Positions 1 to 9,668 of a stretch of 32,000 bases of DNA are shown here, piece by piece. The translations under genes and the position numbers were made by a program. Each line of letters begins with the position of its first letter. The first letter of the stretch is position 1. The DNA lies in NCBI RefSeq assembly GCF_001545095.1, contig NZ_CP013213.1, positions 1,290,001 through 1,322,000 on the forward strand, in the 5' to 3' direction. Source of the stretch: Erysipelothrix larvae. GTDB taxonomy: Bacteria; Bacillota_I; Bacilli_A; Erysipelotrichales; Erysipelotrichaceae. The notes beneath the pieces are model-generated. The model saw only the letters and a list, made by a program, of their open reading frames with translations, ran no database searches and was not told the origin of the DNA.

Positions 1-111
1 TTTGATTGCTTATTGTTCTATTTATATAGCTCATTCTATTCTACAGGGACTTTTTTGTCAATTTGATTAAAACATTTTTTAATAATTTCTGATTGGAAAG
101 TATTCGCCAAG

Positions 112-141
112 TTAACACGAAGTGATAATTGATGGTATAAT
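112..141 (+). promoter_or_regulatory. sigmaA-type promoter with extended -10 for the dehydrogenase gene
   Basis: TTAACA (112-117), 18-nt spacer, TGgTATAAT (133-141). A GTGATA/TATCAC inverted repeat (122-127 / 141-146) brackets the -10. Confidence 0.5.
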
Positions 142-168
142 ATCACCATTAGAAGCGAGGTAAAACTT

Positions 169-1014
169 ATGAAAATAGCATGGATTGGAACTGGTGTTAT
201 GGGAGCACCGATGGCATTAAACTTATCACGTGGTGGCTATGATGTTGTTGTACAAAATCGAACCTTCTCAAAAGCACAAGCACTTGAACCTGAAGTAAAG
301 GCATTTGAAACAATTGAAGATGCCGTTAAGGATGCTGATGTTGTCTTTTCAATTGTAGGATACCCAAATGACGTTGAAAATGTCGCAAACACTGTATTTA
401 GAACCTGTAAACCGGGTACAATATACGTTGATATGACGACGTCTTCACCTTCACTTGCGAAATCACTTTATGAAAAGGGACATTCATTGGGGATCCACTG
501 TGTGGATGCTCCAGTAACCGGTGGTGATGTGGGTGCAATTAATGCAACCTTATCCATTATGGTCGGTGGTAGTGTTGAGTCCTACGAAACAATTAAACCA
601 TTGTTAGAAAAAATGGGAACAACCATTACCTACATGGGACCTGGTGGTAGTGGTCAACATGCGAAACTTGCAAACCAAACAGCAATCGCGGGAGCAATCG
701 CAGGTTGTGCTGAAGCATTAACGTATGCAATCCATCATGGACTTGATCCGCACGCAATGTTGGCGGTAATAACAGGTGGTTCCGCAAGCTCATGGCAAGC
801 AGCAAATAATGGCCCTAAAATGATTACGGATGATATGAACCCTGGTTTCTTCACAAAACACTTCCTAAAGGACTTAAAATTAGCCTCAGAGGAAAAAGGT
901 TTATTATCCTTACCCGTTCTTCAACAAGTCACTCAAATCTATCAATCACTGGTTGATTTGGGTTATGAAAATGATGGAACGCAATGTATCATCCATCACT
1001 ACAACTCAAAATAA
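169..1014 (+). CDS. NAD(P)-dependent beta-hydroxyacid dehydrogenase (3-hydroxyisobutyrate / tartronate semialdehyde reductase family)
   Basis: N-terminal Rossmann motif IAWIGTGVMGAPMALNL. Central GGSGQHAKLANQ block typical of the HIBADH family. GAGG lies 8 nt upstream of the ATG. Confidence 0.85.
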   Translation: MKIAWIGTGVMGAPMALNLSRGGYDVVVQNRTFSKAQALEPEVKAFETIEDAVKDADVVFSIVGYPNDVENVANTVFRTCKPGTIYVDMTTSSPSLAKSLYEKGHSLGIHCVDAPVTGGDVGAINATLSIMVGGSVESYETIKPLLEKMGTTITYMGPGGSGQHAKLANQTAIAGAIAGCAEALTYAIHHGLDPHAMLAVITGGSASSWQAANNGPKMITDDMNPGFFTKHFLKDLKLASEEKGLLSLPVLQQVTQIYQSLVDLGYENDGTQCIIHHYNSK

Positions 1015-1018
1015 ATCT

Positions 1019-1042
1019 AAGGTGCATCTGCACCTTTTTTTT
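1019..1042 (+). terminator. rho-independent terminator of the dehydrogenase gene
   Basis: AAGGTGCA-TC-TGCACCTT hairpin followed by a T8 run, directly after the stop codon. Confidence 0.8.
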
Positions 1043-1059
1043 CTGTGCAAACATTACAA

Positions 1060-1096
1060 TAAAAAAAAAGATGGTATCATTGACTTGATAGCATCT
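1060..1096 (-). terminator. rho-independent terminator of the P-type ATPase gene
   Basis: On the minus strand, AGAUGCUAUCA / UGAUACCAUCU form an 11-bp stem with one C.C mismatch, followed by a U9 run. Confidence 0.75.
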
Positions 1097-1106
1097 TAGT
1101 TATTAA

Positions 1107-3716
1107 TTAATGTGTTTTACTACGATTGTTTAAGCCTAAAAGTTTCATGAGCTCCACAAAAGGGATTGGACCTAATGCGAGTACGATTACAATACCCCAT
1201 TGTGTTGTATTCATCGTTGTAAGGTGTAAGATTTCGCGTGCAAATGGAATTAAGAGTGCTGCCATAACCATCATTGCATTAATTATGACTGCATAGATTA
1301 ACCATTTGTTTTTAAAGAATGTTTTAAATACCGATTGGCTTGGAGCGTGAATGTTAAATGAGTGCACAAGTTGTGATAATGCAAGGACACTAAAGGCCAT
1401 CGTTTGACCCAATTCAGGTGAACCATTTTGGTTAATGAAGACACCCGTTCCATACGTGTAAGCACATAGTGTAATAATACTGATGAAGATTCCTTGATAA
1501 ATAATGCGCCATCCACTTTCAAAAGTCAATAAACTCATATCTTTTGAAGGCTTACGGTCCATAATATCACTTTCTGCAGGTTCAACACCCAGTGCGAGTG
1601 CAGGAAGTGAATCCGTTATTAAGTTAACACACAGAATATGTATTGTTAAGAGCGGTCTTCCAATTCCAAACAAGGTCGCAATTAAGATTGCGAACAGTTC
1701 ACCAACGTTACATGATAGTAAGTAGTTTACAGCTTTCATGATGTTGTCTTTAATACGACGCCCTTCTTCAACTGCAGTTACTACCGTTGCGAAGTTATCA
1801 TCAGTTAGGATCATATCTGCTGCACCTTTCGCAACTTCTGTCCCAACAATACCCATCGCAGCTCCAATGTCTGCCATCTTAAGGGCTGGTGCATCATTAA
1901 CACCATCACCGGTCATTGCGACGATTTCTCCATGACGTTTCCAGGCTTTTATAATACGCATCTTATCTTCAGGTGATACACGTGCATAGACACCAATGTG
2001 TTCTACTTGTTCAAAGAGTTTGTCATCACTCATTTGTTCAAGTTCAACGCCAGTGATTACTTTGTGATCATCAATCATCCCAATTTCACGAGCAATTGCT
2101 TCAGCAGTAAGTGCGTGGTCACCGGTTATCATTACAGTACGGATTCCAGCACGTGTTGCGACTTTAACCGCATCCACAACTTCAGGACGTGGTGGGTCAA
2201 TCATACCCACTAATCCAACAAAGGTTAGGTTTGACTCAATTGAGATGTCCCCTTCATGTGGATTTGAGGTAAGTTCTCTTACAGATAATGCAAGGACACG
2301 CAATGCTTTCACAGCCATTGCTTCATTTGCTTGTTGAATGTGTGCAACATCGTCTTGTGTCAGTGGACGTGCAGTACCATCAACACCATAATGGGTGGAT
2401 ACTGCTAAGACTTCATCCACACCACCTTTTGTGAAGGCAAAGATTTTACCATCGATGTTATGAACTGTTGTCATGCGTTTACGACCCGAGTCAAATGGAA
2501 TTTCATTGATTCGTTTATATTCGTCAAGAAGTTTTTGTGTGTCATGACCTTCATTTTGCGCCCATTCAGAGAGTGCTGTTTCAGTTGGGTCTCCAACCCA
2601 AACGCCATCAATCAAACGGGAGTCATTACATAATAATGATCCAATAACAAGTTGTTCTCTGTTTGCTGGATTGTTGTCATTCCAGAAATCCACAACCGTC
2701 ATTTTATTTTGTGTAAGTGTTCCGGTTTTATCTGAACAGATTACCGTTGCAGAGCCTAAGGTTTCTACTGAAGGCAGTGTACGAATGATTGCATTTTTTT
2801 CAACCAAACGGTTCACACCCATCGCAAGTACGATGGTTGAGATTGCAGGAAGTCCTTCAGGAATTACCGCAACTGCCAATGAAACTGCAGTCATGAATGC
2901 GTCCAAGATATCTGTTTTTTCCTTAAGTAAAGTGATGACGAAAATTAGCACACAGGCTGCGAGTGCGAGTAAGCCTAATTGTTTTCCTAATTGATCCAGC
3001 TTACGTTGAAGTGGTGTTTGTTCATCACCAGATGATTGAAGCATCTTCGCAATCTTACCCACTTCAGTACCCATTCCAACACCCACTACTACACCTAAGC
3101 CACGGCCATAGGTGACCATACCAGATGAGTATGCCATGTTTTTACGATCACCCAATGCATCCTTGTCATCTCCGACATAAGTAGCATCCTTATCAACAGG
3201 GATTGATTCACCTGTAAGTGATGCCTCTTGGACTTGAAGGCTGTTTGTCTGAATGAGTCGAATATCTGCGGATACTAAATCCCCTGCTTCTAAAACACAG
3301 ATATCTCCAACTACAACGTCGCGTGAAGCGATGGACACTTCCTTCCCATTACGAATAACTTTCGTAAATGGACTCGACATTTCCTGCAAAGCCTTTAAGG
3401 ATTGTTCTGCTTTCCCTTCTTGAATAAATCCGATGATGGCATTTAAAAATACAATGGACAAAATAATATATGCTTCAATTACATCCCCTAAAAACATACT
3501 TAAAATTGATGCACCCAATAGAATTAAAATTAATGGATCTTTAAATTGTGATATAAGACGCGATATTGTACTTTTTTCTTTCGTTGTTTCGAGTTGATTG
3601 GAACCATATGCAGACCGGGATTGCTCAATTTCAGATTGTGACAAACCTTTCATCGTTACCTTTAGCGCTGCTTGGACTTCCTCACGTGTTTGTGAGTACC
3701 ATTTATTTTCAGTCAT
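1107..3716 (-). CDS. P-type ATPase, type IIA (Ca2+/Mn2+ efflux, SERCA/YloB/LMCA1-like)
   Basis: DKTGTLT phosphorylation site, PEGLPA (TM4), NLITDSLPALALG (TM6) and the TGDGVNDAPAL hinge. The start was reset to the ATG at 3714-3716 (MTENKWY...), preceded by AGGAGGGT (3721-3728). The 40-aa N-terminal extension in the ORF track lies over the riboswitch. Confidence 0.9.
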   Translation of the reverse strand: MTENKWYSQTREEVQAALKVTMKGLSQSEIEQSRSAYGSNQLETTKEKSTISRLISQFKDPLILILLGASILSMFLGDVIEAYIILSIVFLNAIIGFIQEGKAEQSLKALQEMSSPFTKVIRNGKEVSIASRDVVVGDICVLEAGDLVSADIRLIQTNSLQVQEASLTGESIPVDKDATYVGDDKDALGDRKNMAYSSGMVTYGRGLGVVVGVGMGTEVGKIAKMLQSSGDEQTPLQRKLDQLGKQLGLLALAACVLIFVITLLKEKTDILDAFMTAVSLAVAVIPEGLPAISTIVLAMGVNRLVEKNAIIRTLPSVETLGSATVICSDKTGTLTQNKMTVVDFWNDNNPANREQLVIGSLLCNDSRLIDGVWVGDPTETALSEWAQNEGHDTQKLLDEYKRINEIPFDSGRKRMTTVHNIDGKIFAFTKGGVDEVLAVSTHYGVDGTARPLTQDDVAHIQQANEAMAVKALRVLALSVRELTSNPHEGDISIESNLTFVGLVGMIDPPRPEVVDAVKVATRAGIRTVMITGDHALTAEAIAREIGMIDDHKVITGVELEQMSDDKLFEQVEHIGVYARVSPEDKMRIIKAWKRHGEIVAMTGDGVNDAPALKMADIGAAMGIVGTEVAKGAADMILTDDNFATVVTAVEEGRRIKDNIMKAVNYLLSCNVGELFAILIATLFGIGRPLLTIHILCVNLITDSLPALALGVEPAESDIMDRKPSKDMSLLTFESGWRIIYQGIFISIITLCAYTYGTGVFINQNGSPELGQTMAFSVLALSQLVHSFNIHAPSQSVFKTFFKNKWLIYAVIINAMMVMAALLIPFAREILHLTTMNTTQWGIVIVLALGPIPFVELMKLLGLNNRSKTH

Positions 3717-3737
3717 AATGACCCTCCTATATAAGTA

Positions 3738-3870
3738 CAAAACAAAAGACTTTACTTTAGTTTTGTGAAGAAAACATAAATAAAGTCTCGAAATTATACC
3801 GTGTTCCGGACAAATATTGTCGAACTGACGAAACATGGACCCAATCTTGGGGCTCTACTCCCTTTATTAG
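3738..3870 (-). promoter_or_regulatory. yybP-ykoY (Mn2+) riboswitch plus expression-platform terminator
   Basis: The minus-strand RNA is UAAAGGGAGUAGAGCC...GUUCGACAAUAU...CCGGAACACGGUAUAAUUUCGAGACUUUAUU. It contains the conserved GGAGUAG, GACA-AUA and GAGAC blocks, and a P1 helix (UAAAG/CUUUA). The 3' arm of P1 (AGACUUUA) is also the 5' arm of a long hairpin (AGACUUUAUUUAUGUUUU...AAAACUAAAGUAAAGUCU) followed by UUUUGUUUUG. This gives ON-switch geometry. Confidence 0.7.
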
Positions 3871-3919
3871 AAAATAGAATATCAATAAAATCTGTTAATG
3901 TCAAAGAAATTGATGTGAA

Positions 3920-3948
3920 ATTATATATGAATTCAATTTTATGTTCAA
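3920..3948 (-). promoter_or_regulatory. sigmaA-type promoter driving the riboswitch and ATPase
   Basis: Minus strand: TTGAAC (3943-3948), 17-nt spacer, TATAAT (3920-3925). Confidence 0.6.
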
Positions 3949-3958
3949 TTTATCTCAT

Positions 3959-3979
3959 TTGATGGATATACACCATCAA
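3959..3979 (-). terminator. hairpin downstream of hemW (weak or atypical terminator)
   Basis: UUGAUGG-UGUAUAU-CCAUCAA is a 7-bp stem 10 nt after the hemW stop. No U-tract follows, so read-through into the riboswitch promoter region is possible. Confidence 0.3.
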
Positions 3980-3988
3980 CACATCTTG

Positions 3989-5089
3989 TTAGTATGGCAA
4001 AATATCCATAAATGGTAACAAGACATCATCAAGCATGACAAACCCTTCAAAGGTTGCTTGGATATGGTCATCGTGAAGTTCTAATAACTGATGATCAACG
4101 CCTGTTTGAATTGCTTCACTAAATACGTCGCGCATATCTACCCCAAATCGTGTCTTAAACCGTTTGAATGTGATGCCTTCACGAATTCTTAATCCCATCA
4201 TGATAAATTCAAACATTTCATCTTCAAGGGTTAATTCAATGATTTCATCATACCCATCTTCCTTAAGGTATTGTCCTAGTTTTTTGGTCCAGGTTTTTCG
4301 TGTGTGATTCAGTTTTAAACTGGATCCAGGTCCGAAAGCATAAAAGTCTTCATAACGCCAATAAACTTGGTTGTGCTGACTGCGTGATCCAGGAAGTGCA
4401 AAGTTTGATATTTCATAGTGTTCATATCCATATTGCGTCATGATTTCAATGCATCGTAAGAACATCTCGGTTTCAACATCTTCGGAAACAGGTTGAATGC
4501 CTTTACGGCCAAATAATGAATTTGGTTCAACCGTTAAAGCATAGATTGAAACATGATTGGGTTTCAGTAAGACCACATCGTGCATCGCTTTTTCAAACAT
4601 CTCAAGGGATTGCCCAGGCAGTCCATACATTAAATCCAAGGAAACATTCTCAATACCACATTCTCGCAATAAAGTGACCCCTTTACCGACATCATAGAAT
4701 CGATGATGTCTTCCGATTTTTTCTAATAAATCATCATTGGTTGTTTGAACCCCCAGACTCATGCGATTCACACCGTACTTGACGAGCATTTCTACCTTAT
4801 TTCTTGTTAAGTTTTCTGGATTACCCTCAAAAGTAAATTCACATTGCTCCGCTTTATGTTCTATCAGTGCTTGCAACAACCCTTCAAGTTGATCATCTTC
4901 AAGCGATGTAGGCGTACCACCCCCAACATAAATCGTTGTTAGGTCTTTAGGAAGTGTATTAATTTGTGATATTAAACGTAGCATAAACGCGTCCGATATG
5001 GGACGCGCATAATTAAATCGAGTAAAGTCGCAATATCCACAGATATGATCACAAAATGGAATGTGAATGTAAACTGCTTTAGTACTCAC
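3989..5089 (-). CDS. hemW: radical SAM heme chaperone HemW (HemN-like, oxygen-independent coproporphyrinogen oxidase family)
   Basis: The CDHICGYCDF (CxxxCxxC) cluster motif is near the N-terminus, and GGGTPT and a HemN C-terminal domain are present. The start is GTG at 5087-5089, with GAGGT 8 nt upstream. It overlaps the upstream gene by 11 nt. Confidence 0.9.
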   Translation of the reverse strand: MSTKAVYIHIPFCDHICGYCDFTRFNYARPISDAFMLRLISQINTLPKDLTTIYVGGGTPTSLEDDQLEGLLQALIEHKAEQCEFTFEGNPENLTRNKVEMLVKYGVNRMSLGVQTTNDDLLEKIGRHHRFYDVGKGVTLLRECGIENVSLDLMYGLPGQSLEMFEKAMHDVVLLKPNHVSIYALTVEPNSLFGRKGIQPVSEDVETEMFLRCIEIMTQYGYEHYEISNFALPGSRSQHNQVYWRYEDFYAFGPGSSLKLNHTRKTWTKKLGQYLKEDGYDEIIELTLEDEMFEFIMMGLRIREGITFKRFKTRFGVDMRDVFSEAIQTGVDHQLLELHDDHIQATFEGFVMLDDVLLPFMDILPY

Positions 5090-5339
5090 GTTGTTTTACC
5101 TCGTTTGCTTTATCTTCAATCAGGGTCTTAACATCATACCCTTCGTCCATACAGATCGCGAATGCATACATTAAGACATCGGCGAGCTCTTTTTTGAAAG
5201 CTTCTTCAGGTTCATTAAGACTTTCGACCAGTTCTTTGGCTTCATCTAATAAAAAGTGTGACATGGTTTCTTTGGTATCGCTTTGATCCCAACCAAATTG
5301 TTTTCGCATGGCATCAATAATTTCAAATATCTCAGTCAT
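5079..5339 (-). CDS. small single-domain MazG-like nucleotide pyrophosphohydrolase
   Basis: 86 aa with acidic helix motifs ([12 protein letters not shown] ... [13 protein letters not shown]) typical of the all-alpha NTP-PPase / MazG fold. It overlaps lepA by 8 nt (AUGACUGA). Confidence 0.6.
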   Translation of the reverse strand: MTEIFEIIDAMRKQFGWDQSDTKETMSHFLLDEAKELVESLNEPEEAFKKELADVLMYAFAICMDEGYDVKTLIEDKANEVKQREY

Positions 5340-7134
5340 CTTTCATCGATAAGACGGACATGAAGGCTTCTTGTGGAATTTCCACACTTCCGACCTGTTT
5401 CATCCGTTTCTTTCCTTCTTTTTGCTTCTCTAACAGTTTCTTCTTACGAGAGATATCGCCACCATAACACTTCGCAATTACGTTTTTACGTACTGCTTTA
5501 ATCGTTGAACGTGCGATAACTTTACTGTTGATTGCAGCTTGAACAGGCACTTCAAATTGTTGTCTTGGGATTAACTCTTTGAGTTTATCTGTGATGACTT
5601 TACCGCGATTATACGCAAAATCACGGTGTACAATAACGGATAAGGCATCGACAATTTCACCATTTAACATGATATCCATCTTCACAAGTTTTGATGGACG
5701 ATATCCAATGAGTTCATAATCAAAGGATGCATACCCTTTGGTCGATGATTTTAACTTATCAAAGAAATCATAGACAATTTCAACAAGTGGCATGTGGTAT
5801 ACAATATTGTAACGTACCGCATCAATCATTTGCATATCATGATAAACACCCCGTTTGTTTTGACACAGTTCCATTACTGCACCAACATACTCACTGGGCA
5901 CTAAAATATTAGCTTCTACATAGGGTTCTTCAATTCGATCAATATAGTTTACAACAGGCATATTACTTGGGTTGTCAACAGTTACCATTTCACCATTGGT
6001 AAGGTAAACATGGAATACAACCGATGGTGCTGTCGCAATGAGTTCGAGTTGGTATTCACGTTCTAAACGTTCTTGAATTACATCCATATGAAGGAGTCCT
6101 AAGAACCCACATCGAAATCCAAACCCTAAGGCTTTGGATGTTTCAGGTTCAAACACAAGTGATGAGTCATTCAACGCCATTTTTTCTAAGGCATCCCGTA
6201 AATCCGTATAGCGTTTGTTATCGATTGGGTATAATCCACAAAATACCATTGGGTTGAGTTTACGATATCCAGGTAGGGGTGCATCTGCTGGGCGGTTTGC
6301 AAGGGTAATGGTATCCCCTACACCAACATCATGGATAGATTTAATACTGCCTGCAATCCAACCAACTTCACCTGTTACCAATTCTTGTTTTTTGATTTCA
6401 AATGGTGTTCGAATTCCAAGTTCAGTAACTTCAACTTCAACACCATTCGCCATAAACTGAATGGTATCTCCTTTTTTAACTGATCCATCTTTGATACACA
6501 CATAAGCGATAACACCACGATATGAGTCGTAGATTGAGTCAAAAATTAATGCTTTAAGCGGTGCTTCTCTGTTTCCTTTGGGTGCAGGGAGTTTTTCAAC
6601 AATCCCTTTGAGCACTTGATCCACATTGAGTCCAGTTTTTGCACTAATAAGCGGTGCATCAGAGGCATCAATACCTAATACATCTTCAATTTCTTGTTTT
6701 ACGCGTTCTGGGTCAGCGGATGGTAAGTCGACCTTATTAATCACGACCATAATATCCAGATCATTATCAATCGCAAGATACGCATTCGCAAGAGTTTGTG
6801 CTTGAATTCCTTGAGTCGCATCAACAACTAAAATAGCCCCTTCACACGCAGCAAGTGAGCGAGACACTTCATATGTAAAGTCGACGTGACCGGGTGTGTC
6901 AATCAGATGGAATGTATAGGTTTCACCATCCGTATGATTGTATTCAAGTTGTACTGCGTTAAGTTTAATTGTGATACCCCGTTCACGTTCTAAATCAAGT
7001 TGATCGAGTACTTGTGATTTCATATCACGATCACTGACCGTATCTGTCATTTCTAAAATACGATCAGCAAGTGTTGATTTCCCATGATCAATATGGGCAA
7101 TAATCGAAAAATTTCGTATGTTTTTTTGATTCAT
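5332..7134 (-). CDS. lepA: translation elongation factor 4 (LepA)
   Basis: [14 protein letters not shown] and NKVD GTPase motifs. 600 aa with the LepA-specific C-terminal domain. Confidence 0.97.
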   Translation of the reverse strand: MNQKNIRNFSIIAHIDHGKSTLADRILEMTDTVSDRDMKSQVLDQLDLERERGITIKLNAVQLEYNHTDGETYTFHLIDTPGHVDFTYEVSRSLAACEGAILVVDATQGIQAQTLANAYLAIDNDLDIMVVINKVDLPSADPERVKQEIEDVLGIDASDAPLISAKTGLNVDQVLKGIVEKLPAPKGNREAPLKALIFDSIYDSYRGVIAYVCIKDGSVKKGDTIQFMANGVEVEVTELGIRTPFEIKKQELVTGEVGWIAGSIKSIHDVGVGDTITLANRPADAPLPGYRKLNPMVFCGLYPIDNKRYTDLRDALEKMALNDSSLVFEPETSKALGFGFRCGFLGLLHMDVIQERLEREYQLELIATAPSVVFHVYLTNGEMVTVDNPSNMPVVNYIDRIEEPYVEANILVPSEYVGAVMELCQNKRGVYHDMQMIDAVRYNIVYHMPLVEIVYDFFDKLKSSTKGYASFDYELIGYRPSKLVKMDIMLNGEIVDALSVIVHRDFAYNRGKVITDKLKELIPRQQFEVPVQAAINSKVIARSTIKAVRKNVIAKCYGGDISRKKKLLEKQKEGKKRMKQVGSVEIPQEAFMSVLSMKDD

Positions 7135-7646
7135 GATACCATTCCCTTAATACTGAAATCCGTCTTACGTATCCATGGGTATACCGCTGTAGGGACCACA
7201 AATGCAACGATTCCTTGGGTAAGGTTTGCTGCAATGGACGCAAAGAAGGCATAATCTCCGAGAATAAAGCTATCCACGATTCCATATCCTACAAGCATCA
7301 GCATTGCTGAGAGTAAAAACGGAATTGGATATAATTTGGTTTTCAATAACTTTCTAAATATATAAATTACGAGTACTTCACTTCCTTTTATAAAAGCAGT
7401 GAAGAGCATATAGTGGGCATAACCTGTCAATAAATCTGCAAGCGCACTTCCCAGTGCTGCTGCAACTAAGACTTGTCTAACTGGTGCAATTGTCGCAAGG
7501 ATCGCAATCACAACATCTCCTAAATTGAAATAACCTCCATTAGGAAATGCAACTGCTGTAAAGATAGTGACACTGGTGACAAGTGCTGTCATAAGTGCAA
7601 TATATACGATTGTTTGTGTTCGTTTTATTTCGTAGTTTTTTTTCAT
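7131..7646 (-). CDS. ECF-transporter S-component-like membrane protein (substrate unknown)
   Basis: 171 aa with about 5-6 TM helices. GGYFNLGD ... [13 protein letters not shown] resembles the GYIHLGD / ...DxxxG pattern of generic ECF S components. ATGA overlaps occur at both ends, with fmt and with lepA. Confidence 0.55.
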   Translation of the reverse strand: MKKNYEIKRTQTIVYIALMTALVTSVTIFTAVAFPNGGYFNLGDVVIAILATIAPVRQVLVAAALGSALADLLTGYAHYMLFTAFIKGSEVLVIYIFRKLLKTKLYPIPFLLSAMLMLVGYGIVDSFILGDYAFFASIAANLTQGIVAFVVPTAVYPWIRKTDFSIKGMVS

Positions 7647-8569
7647 TCAAAACGTCGCCCCTTCCATCGTTTACCAAACCCATTTAAAATGTCTCGATTG
7701 GATTGTCGTGGTTTCCCAGATATTTGGATACTGGTAAGGTGAATGATTCCACCTTCGACTGCAACATCGACCCCTTTATCTGAAACATCAACAATTTCTC
7801 CTCGTTGAAATTGATGGTCTTTACTTTCAAATTGAACAGCATGAAACTTAATAGATACACCATCTAGGATTCCATATGCTGTCGGCCATGGAATTAAACC
7901 GCGTATATGATTGTATACATCATGTCCTGGCTTTCTAAATGATACAAATTCATCATTTCTTTGGATGGCATACGCAAAGGTGACGTCTTCATCTTTTTGT
8001 TTGATTGGTGTCAATTTACCATCAAAGTACGCTTTGAGATCTTCTTTAATCAAAGTCTTTGAGACTTCCATAAGTTTCGCTTCAACATCACCAAAGGTAT
8101 CTTCTTCATTAATCGTGACGCTTTGTTTTGCAAGCATATCGCCACTGTCCATCCCTTTATCCATAAACATCAATGTCACGCCAGTTTCTTTCTCACCACG
8201 AATGATTGACCAATGGATGGGAGCACCCCCATGATATTTTGGTAACAGTGATGCATGCACGTTTAAACAACGATACGGTGGTGCATAAAGAATTGCCTCA
8301 GGGACAATTTGACCATAAGCACAGGTCACAATGCAATCTGCATTAAATGCTAGCACATCATCTACCGCACGTTTAATTTTTTCAGGTTGAATTACAGGGA
8401 TGTCATTTTCCAATGCAAGCATCTTAACAGGTGGTGCAGTTAGGATCTTTTTTCTTCCAACTGGACGATCTGGTTGTGTCACAACACCAACAACATCATA
8501 TCCTTCACTTAATAACGTTTCTAATACAACACATGAAAACAGTGTTGTTCCCATAAATACAATTCTCAT
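7643..8569 (-). CDS. fmt: methionyl-tRNA formyltransferase
   Basis: MRIVFMGT ... VVTQPDRPVGRKK ... NVHASLLPKYHGGAPI (formyltransferase core). 308 aa. AGGAAGTG RBS. Confidence 0.95.
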   Translation of the reverse strand: MRIVFMGTTLFSCVVLETLLSEGYDVVGVVTQPDRPVGRKKILTAPPVKMLALENDIPVIQPEKIKRAVDDVLAFNADCIVTCAYGQIVPEAILYAPPYRCLNVHASLLPKYHGGAPIHWSIIRGEKETGVTLMFMDKGMDSGDMLAKQSVTINEEDTFGDVEAKLMEVSKTLIKEDLKAYFDGKLTPIKQKDEDVTFAYAIQRNDEFVSFRKPGHDVYNHIRGLIPWPTAYGILDGVSIKFHAVQFESKDHQFQRGEIVDVSDKGVDVAVEGGIIHLTSIQISGKPRQSNRDILNGFGKRWKGRRFE

Positions 8570-8687
8570 ACTATCACTTCCTGTGGTTTATTATATCATG
8601 ATGTGACCTTTCAGACCACATTTGACTCATTAAAATATATTCACAATCCTACGATGTTTAAATAACACGCATCAGACCTTTTGCTAT

Positions 8688-8712
8688 GAAAAAAGCCCAA
8701 GACCCTGGACTT
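8688..8712 (-). terminator. rho-independent terminator after holA
   Basis: Minus strand: GUCCA-GGGUCU-UGGGC stem followed by U6. It overlaps the holA stop codon. Confidence 0.55.
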
Positions 8713-9668
8713 TACATCATAATGGATAAAAGAAGCATTTCAAAACCTACAAAGCGGTCTTTTAGTCCTTTTTTAGATTCTTGATCAAAGGTAGATAATT
8801 GATTCAAGATATCCAAAATTGATTGATTTGAACGATAACGTTTACGCGTGATGTTCCAATACTGACCTTCAGACATGTTTAGTAGATTACGAATCTCATC
8901 TGCTTGATAATTTAAACTTTGTAGCGTGGATACTTGATAGATTCCTCTTAATGACGCTGCAATTAATGGCGCAAGACTCAAGGGATCATTTTTTTGCTTC
9001 AAGAGTTGTTGGTAGATTCTAAAAACTTCACTATGATCTTTTTGTAAAAGAGCATTACTTAATGCAAAGATGTCGTTTTCTAAGTCGTACGATATGAGTT
9101 GGGTTACATCATCAAGGGTTATCCTTCGATTCAACAACACAAGTTTATCGATTTCACTTTGAACACGAGCACTATTACTTCCAATTCGATCGATGAGAAG
9201 TTGCTTTGCATCTGGATCAATATGAAGTGTCTGTGCTTTTAAAGCAGCATTCACACGATCCTTCACTGAGATTGCATCTTTTCCACCGACTGTAATGGTG
9301 ATTTCCTTGGCGTAATGTGTCAATGTTTTTCTTAACGGGCTTTTAGCCAAAGGTTTCTTAGGGAGTGCTAAGACGAGCTCAAGAGTGTTTGAGGTATGAG
9401 AAAACCATTCTTCTAGCGCGGATTCATCAACCTTGTTAAGGTCTTTTTCGTTCTCAATAAATAAGAAAATCCACTTTGGCAGACCAAAAAGAGAAATCGT
9501 TTCGATTGCTTCTTGTACTTGATTTTGATCAAATCCTTGATCGTTTGTTTGGAAAATCCATTTCTCTACTTCGGTATGTTTTTTTGAATAAGTTTCAAAT
9601 AATTGGTTTGCTTTTTCTAAAATAAGATACCGGTCAGTGCCATATAAAACATGAGCCACAATTATCAC
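8712..9668 (-). CDS. holA: DNA polymerase III delta subunit
   Basis: About 315 aa with the YLLYG-like N-terminus (VLYGTDRYL). It sits directly after comEC, as in Bacillus. The start is ambiguous. GTG at 9666-9668 makes a GTGA overlap with the comEC stop. GTG at 9657-9659 has a better SD (AGGTGA, 5-nt spacer). Confidence 0.8.
   Translation of the reverse strand: MIIVAHVLYGTDRYLILEKANQLFETYSKKHTEVEKWIFQTNDQGFDQNQVQEAIETISLFGLPKWIFLFIENEKDLNKVDESALEEWFSHTSNTLELVLALPKKPLAKSPLRKTLTHYAKEITITVGGKDAISVKDRVNAALKAQTLHIDPDAKQLLIDRIGSNSARVQSEIDKLVLLNRRITLDDVTQLISYDLENDIFALSNALLQKDHSEVFRIYQQLLKQKNDPLSLAPLIAASLRGIYQVSTLQSLNYQADEIRNLLNMSEGQYWNITRKRYRSNQSILDILNQLSTFDQESKKGLKDRFVGFEMLLLSIMM

Noticed and set aside
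1298-2994. Several 65-107-aa ORFs overlapping the ATPase gene on either strand (1298-1522, 1504-1725, 1738-1935, 1998-2213, 2671-2994).
   Set aside because: These are shadow ORFs inside a well-supported long CDS, with no RBS and low-complexity or odd composition. The same reasoning applies to the other ORFs overlapping annotated genes (5727-5912, 6215-6460, 7088-7285, 7911-8234, 8400-8606, 10188-10400, 12819-13250, 14863-15585, 16453-17219, 17383-17970, 20029-20764, 21551-21763, 24129-24311, 27983-28675, 29275-29514, 30949-31960).
3717-3836. 40-codon N-terminal extension of the ATPase ORF in the six-frame track (MFRQFDNICPEHG...).
   Set aside because: It has no RBS and lies over the riboswitch and terminator. 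A strong AGGAGGGT-ATG start exists at 3716, giving the typical MTENKWY... P-type ATPase N-terminus.
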